Source: an uncultured Actinomycetes bacterium (GTDB lineage: Bacteria > Actinomycetota > Acidimicrobiia > Acidimicrobiales > Acidimicrobilacustridaceae). From it: a DNA stretch of 24,000 nucleotides. Of the stretch, positions 1 to 8,200 are shown one piece after another (the first letter of the stretch is position 1; each line of letters begins with the position of its first letter). The DNA lies in the NCBI GenBank assembly GCA_937876315.1, contig CALEHQ010000027.1, forward strand, positions 75,526 to 99,525, given 5' to 3'. Made by a program: the position numbers and the translations under genes. Below the pieces are notes generated by a model. It saw only the letters and a list, made by a program, of their open reading frames with translations, was not told the origin of the DNA and did no database searches.

Positions 1-165
1 CAAGACGATCCGATGGGGTGGAAGAGCCGACGCGGAGACATCGAACCGTTCATTCCACCTGGCGGACAGCTTGAGTTCTATGACGACATTGGCCACTTTC
101 TGCATATCGAACAAACGCGGTCCATTGCTGACCTTGTGCTCAAGTTTTTGGAGCCACTCCGATGA
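1..165 (+). CDS. alpha/beta-fold hydrolase, C-terminal fragment (5' end lies outside the window)
   Basis: Frame 1 is open from base 1 to TGA at 163-165. The translation ends ...FYDDIGHFLHIEQTRSIADLVLKFLEPLR, the G-H-x-x-x-x-E catalytic-His region typical of alpha/beta-hydrolase C-termini. The stop overlaps the next start (ATGA, 162-165). Confidence 0.6.
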   Translation, partial: QDDPMGWKSRRGDIEPFIPPGGQLEFYDDIGHFLHIEQTRSIADLVLKFLEPLR

Positions 166-812
166 AGCGGCGTACTGAGTTTCTCCTGAACGGTTCTCTA
201 CGACTGGCATTGCACACGTTGGCCGAAGGTGAAGGGCGCCCACTTTTGTTGCTACACGGCTTGGGCGAACAGTCACCGCGAACTCGACCTGCTTGGACCA
301 ACTCATGGAACGGGCCTGTGATCGCACTTGATTTCACTGGTCATGGCGACTCTGAAGTTCCCGTTAGTGGCGGCTACACCCCTGAAGGTTTGATGTCTGA
401 TGTCGATGCCGTCTTGGCGGATCGGGGTCCGGTCACAATCGTTGGTCGTGGGTTTGGAGCCTGGGTCGGACTCTTGGTTGCTGGCGCCCGCACGAGCCTT
501 GTCCACGGAGTGGTTCTGTTCGATGGTTCGGGCATCGTCGGTGGCGGGCCACAGCCGCCAACCCCGTACGTCAACGTTTTGCCAGCCTCGGGTTCAGTGA
601 CCCCCGACCCCTATGCATTGCTCGAACTCAGTCGCGATCCGCGACCACCCGATTACGCGCTCGACTACGTGCGCTTCGTGCTTGAGGATTCAGACATCGA
701 ACATCCAATTGTGGTGAGCGCTCGAATTCGTCCCGATTGGTTGGCCGCAGTTGCCGCCGACATTGGCGTCATTGAGCTTCCGTTGGAACAGGCGATCGAG
801 TCCTTCGCCTGA
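162..812 (+). CDS. alpha/beta-hydrolase-fold protein, probably non-catalytic (nucleophile Ser replaced by Gly)
   Basis: 216-aa ORF. It has the HG oxyanion motif LLLLHGLGEQS and GHGDS. The nucleophile elbow reads VGRGFGAWV (G-R-G-F-G instead of G-x-S-x-G). Confidence 0.6.
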   Translation: MKRRTEFLLNGSLRLALHTLAEGEGRPLLLLHGLGEQSPRTRPAWTNSWNGPVIALDFTGHGDSEVPVSGGYTPEGLMSDVDAVLADRGPVTIVGRGFGAWVGLLVAGARTSLVHGVVLFDGSGIVGGGPQPPTPYVNVLPASGSVTPDPYALLELSRDPRPPDYALDYVRFVLEDSDIEHPIVVSARIRPDWLAAVAADIGVIELPLEQAIESFA

Positions 813-822
813 CATCCGACGG

Positions 823-1890
823 TTAGATGTCGCGAGCACCCACGTATACGGCAAGTTCCCTTAGCGCGCCTAGTGCTTCTGATGTAATCGCCGCATCGTC
901 CAGTGCTGAAATTGCTTGATCCGTTAATTGCGTGATGCTTACTTCAACTTCGGACAATGCCCCGGTGTCAGTGAAGACCGACTGAATGGCGAGGATGTCC
1001 TCGGGCGCGAGATCAATGGAACCGACGCGACTGAGAATGTCTCGCTGAGAATTCGTTGCGCGGTCGAGAGCGATTGCCAGCATCGGGGTGGGCTTCCCTT
1101 CACGAAGATCGTCACCGACAGGTTTCCCAGTTCGCGCGCTGTTACCGAAGGTGCCAAGGATGTCATCGCGCAACTGAAATGCCTCACCCAATGGCTCGCC
1201 GTAGCGAGAAAGCGGTGTTTGAAGTTCATCGAGGCGTCCTGCGAGAGCTGCGCCAACGTGCAACGGACGCTCAATGGTGTACTTGCCGGACTTGTAGCGA
1301 ACGATTCGCCGTGCCGTCGCCAGATCGACGTCCCCTCGTGCCGCGCCGAGCACGTCGAGAAATTGACCGATGTTCAATTCGATCTTCAGTTCATTCCAAA
1401 TCTCGAATGCTGATTGTGGAGCATTCGACATCAAGCGGTCGGCGTACACCTCGGCGAGATCACCAACCAGGATTGCAACGCCCTCGCCAAAGCGCCTGGA
1501 TTCGCCGTTCCATTGGCTTGAGCTGTGCTCTGCGTCGAAGGTGCTGTGAATAGTGGGCTCGCCACGGCGCGTTGAAGATCCGTCCATGACGTCGTCGTGG
1601 ACAAGTGCGAATGCATGCAACAACTCGAACGCAGCGCCGGTTTCGATGATTGCGGGGTCATCAGCCATACCGCCAGCGCCGACGAACGCCCAGTGGCAGA
1701 ACGCAGGGCGCAGGCGCTTTCCCCCGTCGACGATAAATCGCGTCAAGACGTTGAGCGGTGCCTCGAGATCGGAATCGACTGCAACCCACCGAGAGCGCTC
1801 GGATTCAAGAATGGACCGAAGCCGCGCCTCAACGGGAGCGACAACTGCGGTGAGCGCAGCAGGTACAGCGACAGGAGTTGGGGATGTCAC
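823..1890 (-). CDS. short-chain polyprenyl diphosphate synthase (GGPP/FPP synthase family)
   Basis: 355 aa. First Asp-rich motif is LVHDDVMD, second is FQLRDDILG, followed by GKPVGDDLREGKPT. The start overlaps the xseB stop (1887-1890). Confidence 0.85.
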   Translation of the reverse strand: MTSPTPVAVPAALTAVVAPVEARLRSILESERSRWVAVDSDLEAPLNVLTRFIVDGGKRLRPAFCHWAFVGAGGMADDPAIIETGAAFELLHAFALVHDDVMDGSSTRRGEPTIHSTFDAEHSSSQWNGESRRFGEGVAILVGDLAEVYADRLMSNAPQSAFEIWNELKIELNIGQFLDVLGAARGDVDLATARRIVRYKSGKYTIERPLHVGAALAGRLDELQTPLSRYGEPLGEAFQLRDDILGTFGNSARTGKPVGDDLREGKPTPMLAIALDRATNSQRDILSRVGSIDLAPEDILAIQSVFTDTGALSEVEVSITQLTDQAISALDDAAITSEALGALRELAVYVGARDI

Positions 1891-2141
1891 TCTTCCTCTT
1901 CGTCGTCGCTGTCGAGTGCATCGAGATCGGCGACGATTCTGGTGACTTCAACCTGTGCGTTTTCGAGACGGCCGCGACAAAGTTCAATGAGGTCGGCGGC
2001 GCGGCGAACTTGTTCGGCCAAGCGATCAACATCGACGTCGTCGGCCTCGAGTTCGCTGAGAATTTCTTCGAGTTCGGTGACCGCATCTGCGTATCCGAGG
2101 GGATCAGAGGTGCTCTTTTTGGTTGCCATTGGTTCTCTCAA
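1887..2141 (-). CDS. xseB: exodeoxyribonuclease VII small subunit
   Basis: 84-aa acidic helical protein (LEEILSELE...VDRLAEQVRRAADLIELCRGRLENA). It sits directly downstream of xseA and overlaps it (2138-2141). Confidence 0.85.
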   Translation of the reverse strand: MREPMATKKSTSDPLGYADAVTELEEILSELEADDVDVDRLAEQVRRAADLIELCRGRLENAQVEVTRIVADLDALDSDDEEEE

Positions 2142-3379
2142 TCGATATCGGTTGCAGTACTGGTGATGGTGCCATCGGCCACGGTTGTTACGAGTGTGTC
2201 GCCACGAGAAATATCGGCGGCTCGTCGCACGACGGTACCGCTCGTGGTGCGGGTGATCGACCAGCCGCGAGCCAAGGTACGAACCGGGTCGACGGCACTG
2301 AGTCGAGCGGCGAAAAGATCGAGACTTTGCTTTTCGGACTTCGTGGTTGTTTCGATCGTTCGGGAAAGTCGGGCGGTGATGGTGGCCATGCGGTGGCGTT
2401 CGACGGTGAGGCGTGTGCGGGCTCCGATGGCGGCGTGCCGGGCGCAGCGCGCCAAGCGCTCGCGCTCGGAATCGATTGTCGTTGTCGCGATTTCCGCGAT
2501 GTCGCTCCAGGCAACTTCGCTTCGGTTGACAACGTCCATCGCGATGTCAATGAGTGCTTCGGCGCAAGCAGTTGGTGTCTTGTTCGCAGTATGCGCCACG
2601 ACGTCGGCCACACTCGTGTCAATTTCGTGACCGATCCCGGTGAAAACCGGTAGTGATGATGTTGCGATAGTGCGGGCAACGAGTTCGTGATCGAAGACCG
2701 CAAGGTCAAGGCGCGACCCGCCACCTCTAATCAACGCGATGACATCAACGTTCATTCGTTGCGCCGTGCGTAGCGCAGCGGCAATCGTGCGTTCGGCGCC
2801 TGCGCCTTGCACCTTTGAATCAATGAAGGCCACCTGCCACGGGAGGCTGCTCTCAACGAGTGAATGCATGAAGTCGGCTTGGGCAGCGCTTTCATCGGCG
2901 GTGATCAATGCAATGTGAAGCGGCATTGCAGAAAGCGGAAGTGCTTGATTTTTATCGATGAGGTTTTCGGCGCGAAGAACCGCGAGTACGCGTTCTCGTT
3001 CTGATTCGAGTGCTTCCAGGGTGAATGCAGGGTCGATGTCCTGCATTGAAAGTTGCAGGCGTCCGCCAGCGAGCCACAGTTCAAGCGGACCGCGGATGCG
3101 TACCTTGACTCCTTCTTCGAGTCGGACAGTTCCGGCCTCACGCAGTTTTTGGTCAACCCGAGTGCGGGTCCGACTCCAAAGTGTAACTGGGACTTTGGCT
3201 GTGACTGCACCTTTGTCGTCGCGATCAACAAGGTCGAAATAGAAATGCCCCCGGGACTCTCGGGGGCCAGAGATCTCGCCGTCGACCCACACTGCGCCGC
3301 CGAGCCGGTCTTTGATGGCATCGGCGGTGGCCGTCATGAGTTCAGTCACCGTGTAGTTCACGCCGGTCATAGGCGGCAC
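2138..3379 (-). CDS. xseA: exodeoxyribonuclease VII large subunit
   Basis: 413 aa. N-terminal OB-fold segment is VWVDGEISGPRESRGHFYFDLVD, the core contains IALIRGGGSRLDLAVFD, and the tail is a long helical region. Canonical xseA-xseB order. Confidence 0.9.
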   Translation of the reverse strand: MPPMTGVNYTVTELMTATADAIKDRLGGAVWVDGEISGPRESRGHFYFDLVDRDDKGAVTAKVPVTLWSRTRTRVDQKLREAGTVRLEEGVKVRIRGPLELWLAGGRLQLSMQDIDPAFTLEALESERERVLAVLRAENLIDKNQALPLSAMPLHIALITADESAAQADFMHSLVESSLPWQVAFIDSKVQGAGAERTIAAALRTAQRMNVDVIALIRGGGSRLDLAVFDHELVARTIATSSLPVFTGIGHEIDTSVADVVAHTANKTPTACAEALIDIAMDVVNRSEVAWSDIAEIATTTIDSERERLARCARHAAIGARTRLTVERHRMATITARLSRTIETTTKSEKQSLDLFAARLSAVDPVRTLARGWSITRTTSGTVVRRAADISRGDTLVTTVADGTITSTATDID

Positions 3380-3400
3380 CGTAGCGGGCGAATGCCCTCA

Positions 3401-3406
3401 TAGAGT
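3401..3406 (+). promoter_or_regulatory. candidate -10 hexamer TAGAGT, 6 nt upstream of the ATG at 3413 (possible leaderless mRNA)
   Basis: A TANNNT hexamer is followed by CAGGCC and then ATG. There is no Shine-Dalgarno sequence in the 33-nt divergent spacer. Confidence 0.3.
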
Positions 3407-3412
3407 CAGGCC

Positions 3413-3949
3413 ATGGGAACTTTCCGCATCACGGCTCCGGTCTGGCGTTCATTCGGCATCGCCCTCGTGTTCGCAACAGCGCTGGTTGTTGCAGGTTGCG
3501 GGTCCTCTTCGACGTCTTCCGCGACGTCATCGACGACGTCATCAATGGCATCGACGACAACGCAAGCGGCGTCGGAAACTTCCTTAATTCCGCAGTCGCC
3601 CTCAACGCTTCCCGCGTCGTTGCAAGCGCCCTGCTCGGCACTGGCTTCGGCTTTGGACATGGGTGACCTTCAGCCAAAGAACTCCGGTAACTGGAGCGCC
3701 GAGAGGCAGCGGATTCTCACCGATGCAGCGAGCAACGTTGAATTGTTCGCTGCTGCGATCAAGGGGGCGCCGGTAGATATCTCTGCATCCCTTGAAACAC
3801 TCAAGAGTTATTCCGCTTGGATCGGAACAACACTGTCGAACTCGTCATCGTTTGAGTCGGCTGCGAGTGCGATAAACGCTTACCCCGATCTTGCTGAGAC
3901 CTCGCTTGCTGCCTCAATCGTCGACAACTGGAAACGCAAGAACTGCTGA
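3413..3949 (+). CDS. secreted lipoprotein of unknown function
   Basis: The signal peptide ends in the lipobox LVVAG-C (ALVVAGCGSS). A Ser/Thr-rich linker is followed by a domain of about 110 aa. Confidence 0.6.
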   Translation: MGTFRITAPVWRSFGIALVFATALVVAGCGSSSTSSATSSTTSSMASTTTQAASETSLIPQSPSTLPASLQAPCSALASALDMGDLQPKNSGNWSAERQRILTDAASNVELFAAAIKGAPVDISASLETLKSYSAWIGTTLSNSSSFESAASAINAYPDLAETSLAASIVDNWKRKNC

Positions 3950-3952
3950 GCG

Positions 3953-4384
3953 TTACTCCTGAACGAGTTCGATCAGGGTGCCGAGAGCATCCTTCGGGTG
4001 GATAAACGCAACGGTGGTGCCGCGTGATCCGGGGCGAGGAGCGTCGTCAAGGACACGAAAGCCCTGAGCCTTCACTGCATCGAGCGCTTCGGCGCAATTA
4101 GCGACGCGATAGCCAACGTGATGAATGCCAGGACCACCGCGGTTGTTGAGCCACTTGGCGACGGTGGAGTCGTCTCGAGTCGGGGTAAGCAGCTGCACGT
4201 AGCTTTCTGCCACCTTCAACAGGGCTTCTTCAACGCCGTCGCTCTCAACAATTTCACGATGATCGACAACTGCACCGAAGGTCTCGCGGTAGTAGTCAAT
4301 TGCTGCGCCGAGGTCCGGAACTGCAATTGCGATGTGATCAATTTCGGTAAGCAGTGGCTTCTGGTTTGCAGCAGCTTCGCTCAT
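3953..4384 (-). CDS. mce: methylmalonyl-CoA (ethylmalonyl-CoA) epimerase, VOC/glyoxalase fold
   Basis: Motifs IDHIAIAVPDLGAAIDYYRETFG, GIHHVGYRV and FIHPKDALGTLIELVQ. The ATG at 4384 is preceded by AGGAG at 5-nt spacing. The longer ORF begins at 4432 (alternative start). Confidence 0.8.
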   Translation of the reverse strand: MSEAAANQKPLLTEIDHIAIAVPDLGAAIDYYRETFGAVVDHREIVESDGVEEALLKVAESYVQLLTPTRDDSTVAKWLNNRGGPGIHHVGYRVANCAEALDAVKAQGFRVLDDAPRPGSRGTTVAFIHPKDALGTLIELVQE

Positions 4385-4456
4385 CTGGACTCCTGATTCG
4401 TCTTCGCCGGGTCGGCGTGCAGTGATGGCCATTGGATTGGTCCTTCGTTGGGGGTG

Positions 4457-5836
4457 TTAGGCGCCGTGGCGACGGAACGCAGTGATGCGGTCCTCGCCGA
4501 CCTTGGTGCGAAATTCTGGATCGTCGATGCCGAGGCCTTCAGAAGGCGCAAGACAGAGCACTCCGATCTTGCCCTCATGCAGGTTTTTGTGGACCTGGTA
4601 GGCGGCTTCACCGGTCTGATCAAGCGGATACACAGCAGAAAGAATCGGCTGAATCTTGCCTTCGCAGATGAGTTGGTTTGCGGCCCATGCTTCTGCGTAA
4701 TTCGCGAAGTGGGAACTGATGATGTTCTTCAACTTCATCCAGAGGTGACGGTTGTCGTATTCGATCATGAAGCCGCTCGTTGCAGCGCAGGTGACGATGG
4801 TCCCGCCTCGTGCAGCGACGAACACCGACGCACCGAATGTTTGGCGACCGGGATGTTCGAACACGATGTCCACATCGCGACCGATCATTGAACGGATGTC
4901 CTTGCCGAGACGACGCCACTCGGATTCATCCTGAGTGTGTTCGTCGGCCCAGAACTTGTAGTTGGCTTCGCGCCGATCAATGACATGCTCAACGCCGAGG
5001 TCGTTGAGAAGCGCAACCTTTTCCGCGGAGGAAACGACGCCGACCGGGGTGCCTCCACCATTGAGGATGTATTGAACGGCGTAACCGCCGAGGCCGCCTG
5101 ATGCACCCCACACAAGCACGGCGTCACCTTGTTTCATTTGGGCAGCGTTCTTACTCACCAGCATTCGGTAACTCGTCGAGTTGCACAGAGCATTCACCGA
5201 CGCTTCTTCCCACGAAAGATGTGCGGGCTTCGGCATGAGCTGGTTGGCCTTGACGACAGAAAGTTCGGCGAGGCCGCCGTAATTGGTTTCGAATCCCCAA
5301 ATTCGCTGATTGTCGCCAAGCATTGAGTCGTTGTGACTTGATGCGTCTTGATCATCGACGTAGTTGCAGTGGGCAACGACCTTGTCGCCGACCTTCCACT
5401 TACGAACGGCGCTACCGACGCGCAGCACAACGCCCGATGCGTCGGAACCAACAGCATGGAACGGCTGGTCGTGGCGTGCGCCCCAGTAACTCTCTTTGCC
5501 GAGACGCTTGAGGAATCCGAAGGTCGAGACGGGTTCAAAGATGGAGGACCAGACCGTGTTGAAGTTGATCGAACTGGCCATGACCGCGATGACGGCTTCG
5601 TCGGGAGCCAGTTCAGGCATGGCGATCTCTTGAAGGTGAAGTGCCTGACGGGGGTCTTTGTCGCCTGAGTCCATTCCGTCGAACATCGTCTGTTCGGACG
5701 CGAGTACGACGGTGGCTTTATAGGACTCGGGCAGGGGGATGGCCGCGAGTTCCTCGCCGGGGGCTCCTTGAATGATGGCGTCGATGATCTGCTGCATGGG
5801 GCCGAACGCTACCGTTTCCGCCACTCGGGGGGCCAT
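4457..5836 (-). CDS. ccr: crotonyl-CoA carboxylase/reductase
   Basis: 459 aa. Long stretches match remembered Ccr sequence: AAIPLPESYKA, VMASSINFNTVWSSIFEP, RIWGFETNYGGLAE, KANQLMPKPAHLSWEEA, VLVWGASGGLGGYA, DIVFEHPGRQTFGASV, IEYDNRHLWMKLKNIISSHFANY, GKIGVLCLAP. An alternative start at 5797 (MQQIIDAI...) fits homolog N-termini better. Confidence 0.9.
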   Translation of the reverse strand: MAPRVAETVAFGPMQQIIDAIIQGAPGEELAAIPLPESYKATVVLASEQTMFDGMDSGDKDPRQALHLQEIAMPELAPDEAVIAVMASSINFNTVWSSIFEPVSTFGFLKRLGKESYWGARHDQPFHAVGSDASGVVLRVGSAVRKWKVGDKVVAHCNYVDDQDASSHNDSMLGDNQRIWGFETNYGGLAELSVVKANQLMPKPAHLSWEEASVNALCNSTSYRMLVSKNAAQMKQGDAVLVWGASGGLGGYAVQYILNGGGTPVGVVSSAEKVALLNDLGVEHVIDRREANYKFWADEHTQDESEWRRLGKDIRSMIGRDVDIVFEHPGRQTFGASVFVAARGGTIVTCAATSGFMIEYDNRHLWMKLKNIISSHFANYAEAWAANQLICEGKIQPILSAVYPLDQTGEAAYQVHKNLHEGKIGVLCLAPSEGLGIDDPEFRTKVGEDRITAFRRHGA

Positions 5837-5845
5837 GTGATCGAC

Positions 5846-5857
5846 GGCCCTAGGGCC
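5846..5857. promoter_or_regulatory. perfect 12-bp palindrome GGCCCTAGGGCC in the ccr/thiolase divergent region (candidate operator)
   Basis: Read directly from the sequence; it is its own reverse complement. Confidence 0.25.
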
Positions 5858-5892
5858 ATGAGGCCCCGAGAGTTACCGACGGGTAGTGTTTT

Positions 5893-5902
5893 GTCCCGGG
5901 AC
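5893..5902. promoter_or_regulatory. perfect 10-bp palindrome GTCCCGGGAC in the ccr/thiolase divergent region (candidate operator)
   Basis: Read directly from the sequence. It lies just downstream of a TAGTGT -10-like hexamer at 5884-5889. Confidence 0.2.
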
Positions 5903-5972
5903 ATCACCGTCCCTCCAGCCGACCACCTGTCTGAGTTGGCGGCTAGGTACTCATCCTCTTGGAGGTTCAGAC

Positions 5973-7154
5973 ATGGCTGGATCGGTCATTCTCGCTGGCG
6001 CCCGTACTCCCATCGGCAAGCTTTCTGGCGCACTCGCCGGTTTCGAAGCCTCCGACCTCGGAGCGATTGCTATTCGCGCCGCGCTTCAGCGCGCCGGGCT
6101 TACCCCCGATCAGGTCGACTACGTCTTCATGGGCCAGGTGCTCTTGGGTGGCGCTGGTCAGATGACAGCTCGCCAGGCATCGACGAAGGCCGGCATCCCA
6201 ATGTCCGTTCCGTCAACCACCGTGAACAAGGTGTGCCTCTCGGGTCTCAACGCGATCCACCTCGCCGACCTCTACATCCAGTCCGGCGAAGCCGACATTG
6301 TTGTTGCCGGTGGCATGGAGTCCATGACCAACGCTCCGTACCTCATGCCTGGCGCACGTGCCGGTCTGCGCATGGGTGACGGCAAGGTTGTCGACTCAAT
6401 GATGTTCGACGGTTTGTTCTGCGCCATTGATCAAATGGCAATGGGTGCGGGAACAGAAAAGTACGCAGCTACCGCTGGCCTTAGTCGCGATTCGCAGGAT
6501 GCACTCGCCGCGCTCTCACATGCACGTGCAGTCAAGGCCCAAGCCGACGGACTCTTCAATGATGAAATCGTCAAGGTCGAGATTCCGCAGCGCAAGGGCG
6601 ATCCCAAACTCTTCTCTGAAGATGAAGGTGTTCGCGCCGAGACCACACTCGACTCACTCGGTGCTTTACGTCCAGCATTCGATAAGGCCGGCAACATCAC
6701 TGCTGGTAATGCTTCGCAGATTTCCGATGGTGGCGCCGCTGTCATCGTTGCGTCGGAAGCCGCTGCTGAGCGTCTTGGAATCACGCCGCTTGGTCGCATC
6801 ATTGGTTACGGCCAGGTTGCTGGCCCCGATGCTTCGCTGCTTGATCAGCCGGCAAATGCCATCAACAATGCGCTTGATCGAGCTGGCATGAAGCTCAGTG
6901 ATCTTGACCTGTTCGAACTCAACGAAGCATTTGCTGCGGTAGGCGTTGCTTCAATGGCCAAGCTCGGTATCACCGATGAAATAACCAACGTCAACGGAGG
7001 CGCAATCGCACTTGGTCACCCCATCGGCATGTCAGGCACCCGCGTTGCACTGCACATCCTTATGGAACTCAAGCGTCGCGGTGGTGGCAAGGGTGCTGCT
7101 GCACTCTGTGGTGGTGGCGGTCAGGGCGACGCCATCCTTCTTGAGTCGATCTGA
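5973..7154 (+). CDS. acetyl-CoA C-acetyltransferase (thiolase II)
   Basis: The ATG at 5973 is preceded by GGAGG at 5961-5965. The N-terminus is MAGSVILAGARTPIGK. Also present are the Cys nucleophile VNKVCLSGL, NEAFA, and C-terminal GHPIGMSG and CGGGGQG. The 5' part of the tracked ORF (5886-5972) is probably not translated. Confidence 0.9.
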   Translation: MAGSVILAGARTPIGKLSGALAGFEASDLGAIAIRAALQRAGLTPDQVDYVFMGQVLLGGAGQMTARQASTKAGIPMSVPSTTVNKVCLSGLNAIHLADLYIQSGEADIVVAGGMESMTNAPYLMPGARAGLRMGDGKVVDSMMFDGLFCAIDQMAMGAGTEKYAATAGLSRDSQDALAALSHARAVKAQADGLFNDEIVKVEIPQRKGDPKLFSEDEGVRAETTLDSLGALRPAFDKAGNITAGNASQISDGGAAVIVASEAAAERLGITPLGRIIGYGQVAGPDASLLDQPANAINNALDRAGMKLSDLDLFELNEAFAAVGVASMAKLGITDEITNVNGGAIALGHPIGMSGTRVALHILMELKRRGGGKGAAALCGGGGQGDAILLESI

Positions 7155-7155
7155 G

Positions 7156-7758
7156 TTAGTCGACGTCGCGGCGACCCTCGAGGGCGCGGCCGAGTGTGAG
7201 CTCGTCTGCGTACTCGAGGTCACCGCCGACAGGTAGTCCGCTGGCAATTCGGGTCACTCGAATGCCGAGTGGTTTCAATAGTCGTCCCAGGTACATCGCC
7301 GTAGCTTCACCCTCGATGTTCGGGTTTGTGCAGAGAATGACTTCTTCGATGCCTTCAGGCTCGATACGGGCGAGAAGTTCTTTCACGCGCAACTGATCGG
7401 GGCCGATGCCTTCGATGGGGCTGATAGCGCCTTGCAGTACGTGGTAGCGACCGCGGTATTCGCCAGTCTTCTCAACTGCGACGATGTCGCGGGGTTCTTC
7501 GACGACACACACGACGCTTGCTTCTCGACGCGTATCGCTGCAGATCCCGCACGCGTCTCCTTCGGAAATGTTGAAGCAAAGAGTGCAGAAACTGACGCGC
7601 TCTTTCACGATGGCGATTGCAGTCGCGATTCTGAGGGCATCTTCGGTCGGAAGTTTCAGGAGATGAAACGCGATTCGTTGCGCAGACTTTGGGCCTACGC
7701 CAGGAAGTCGACCGAGTTCATCGATGAGGTCCTGTACCGGACCTGCGTACACGCTCAC
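7156..7758 (-). CDS. recR: recombination protein RecR
   Basis: HhH motif [18 protein letters not shown]4 zinc finger [16 protein letters not shown], and a Toprim region. Overlaps ybaB by 4 nt. Confidence 0.95.
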   Translation of the reverse strand: MSVYAGPVQDLIDELGRLPGVGPKSAQRIAFHLLKLPTEDALRIATAIAIVKERVSFCTLCFNISEGDACGICSDTRREASVVCVVEEPRDIVAVEKTGEYRGRYHVLQGAISPIEGIGPDQLRVKELLARIEPEGIEEVILCTNPNIEGEATAMYLGRLLKPLGIRVTRIASGLPVGGDLEYADELTLGRALEGRRDVD

Positions 7759-8168
7759 GCGCGCTCGCCGGGATTGGGTGTGTCGATCTCAATAATGTCG
7801 CCGGGTGCGCCGAAGAGCCCAAGCGCCTCAAGGTCGGCAAGACCGCCGAGGTCGCCAAGGTCGGGCATGCCTGCGTTTTGGAATGGGCCGAGTACCTCTT
7901 GTTGCATCGCGTCGATCTGTGCGAGTGCATCGTGAAATGCTGAGAGCACGAGGTCTTCAAGCATTGGCACGTCTGCAGGGTCGACGGCCTCGGGAGAAAT
8001 TGAAACCTTGAGCACGTGAAGTCCGCCGGTGATGCGAATGGCGACAGCGCCACCACCGGCTTGACCGATGAACTCGCGCGACGCGGCTTCGTTCCGGGCA
8101 TCTTCGAACTGCTGCTGCATGGCCATTGCCTGGCTCAACATCGAACCGAGATCGAACTGATCTGACAT
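7755..8168 (-). CDS. ybaB: YbaB/EbfC nucleoid-associated protein
   Basis: Core sequence [37 protein letters not shown]...ISPEAVDP...[12 protein letters not shown]. Conserved dnaX-ybaB-recR synteny. Confidence 0.9.
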   Translation of the reverse strand: MSDQFDLGSMLSQAMAMQQQFEDARNEAASREFIGQAGGGAVAIRITGGLHVLKVSISPEAVDPADVPMLEDLVLSAFHDALAQIDAMQQEVLGPFQNAGMPDLGDLGGLADLEALGLFGAPGDIIEIDTPNPGERA

Positions 8169-8200
8169 GTGGGCTCCCGGAGGGGCGAAGGGGTAGGGGT

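Noticed and set aside
1878-2630. 250-aa + strand ORF and several 130-190-aa ORFs between 1056 and 2724
   Set aside because: They are antisense or out-of-frame shadows of the prenyl synthase, xseB and xseA. They have no motifs and a biased composition.
5886-5972. N-terminal 29-codon extension of the thiolase ORF
   Set aside because: The internal ATG at 5973 has a GGAGG RBS and gives the canonical thiolase N-terminus. The extension has no homolog-like sequence.
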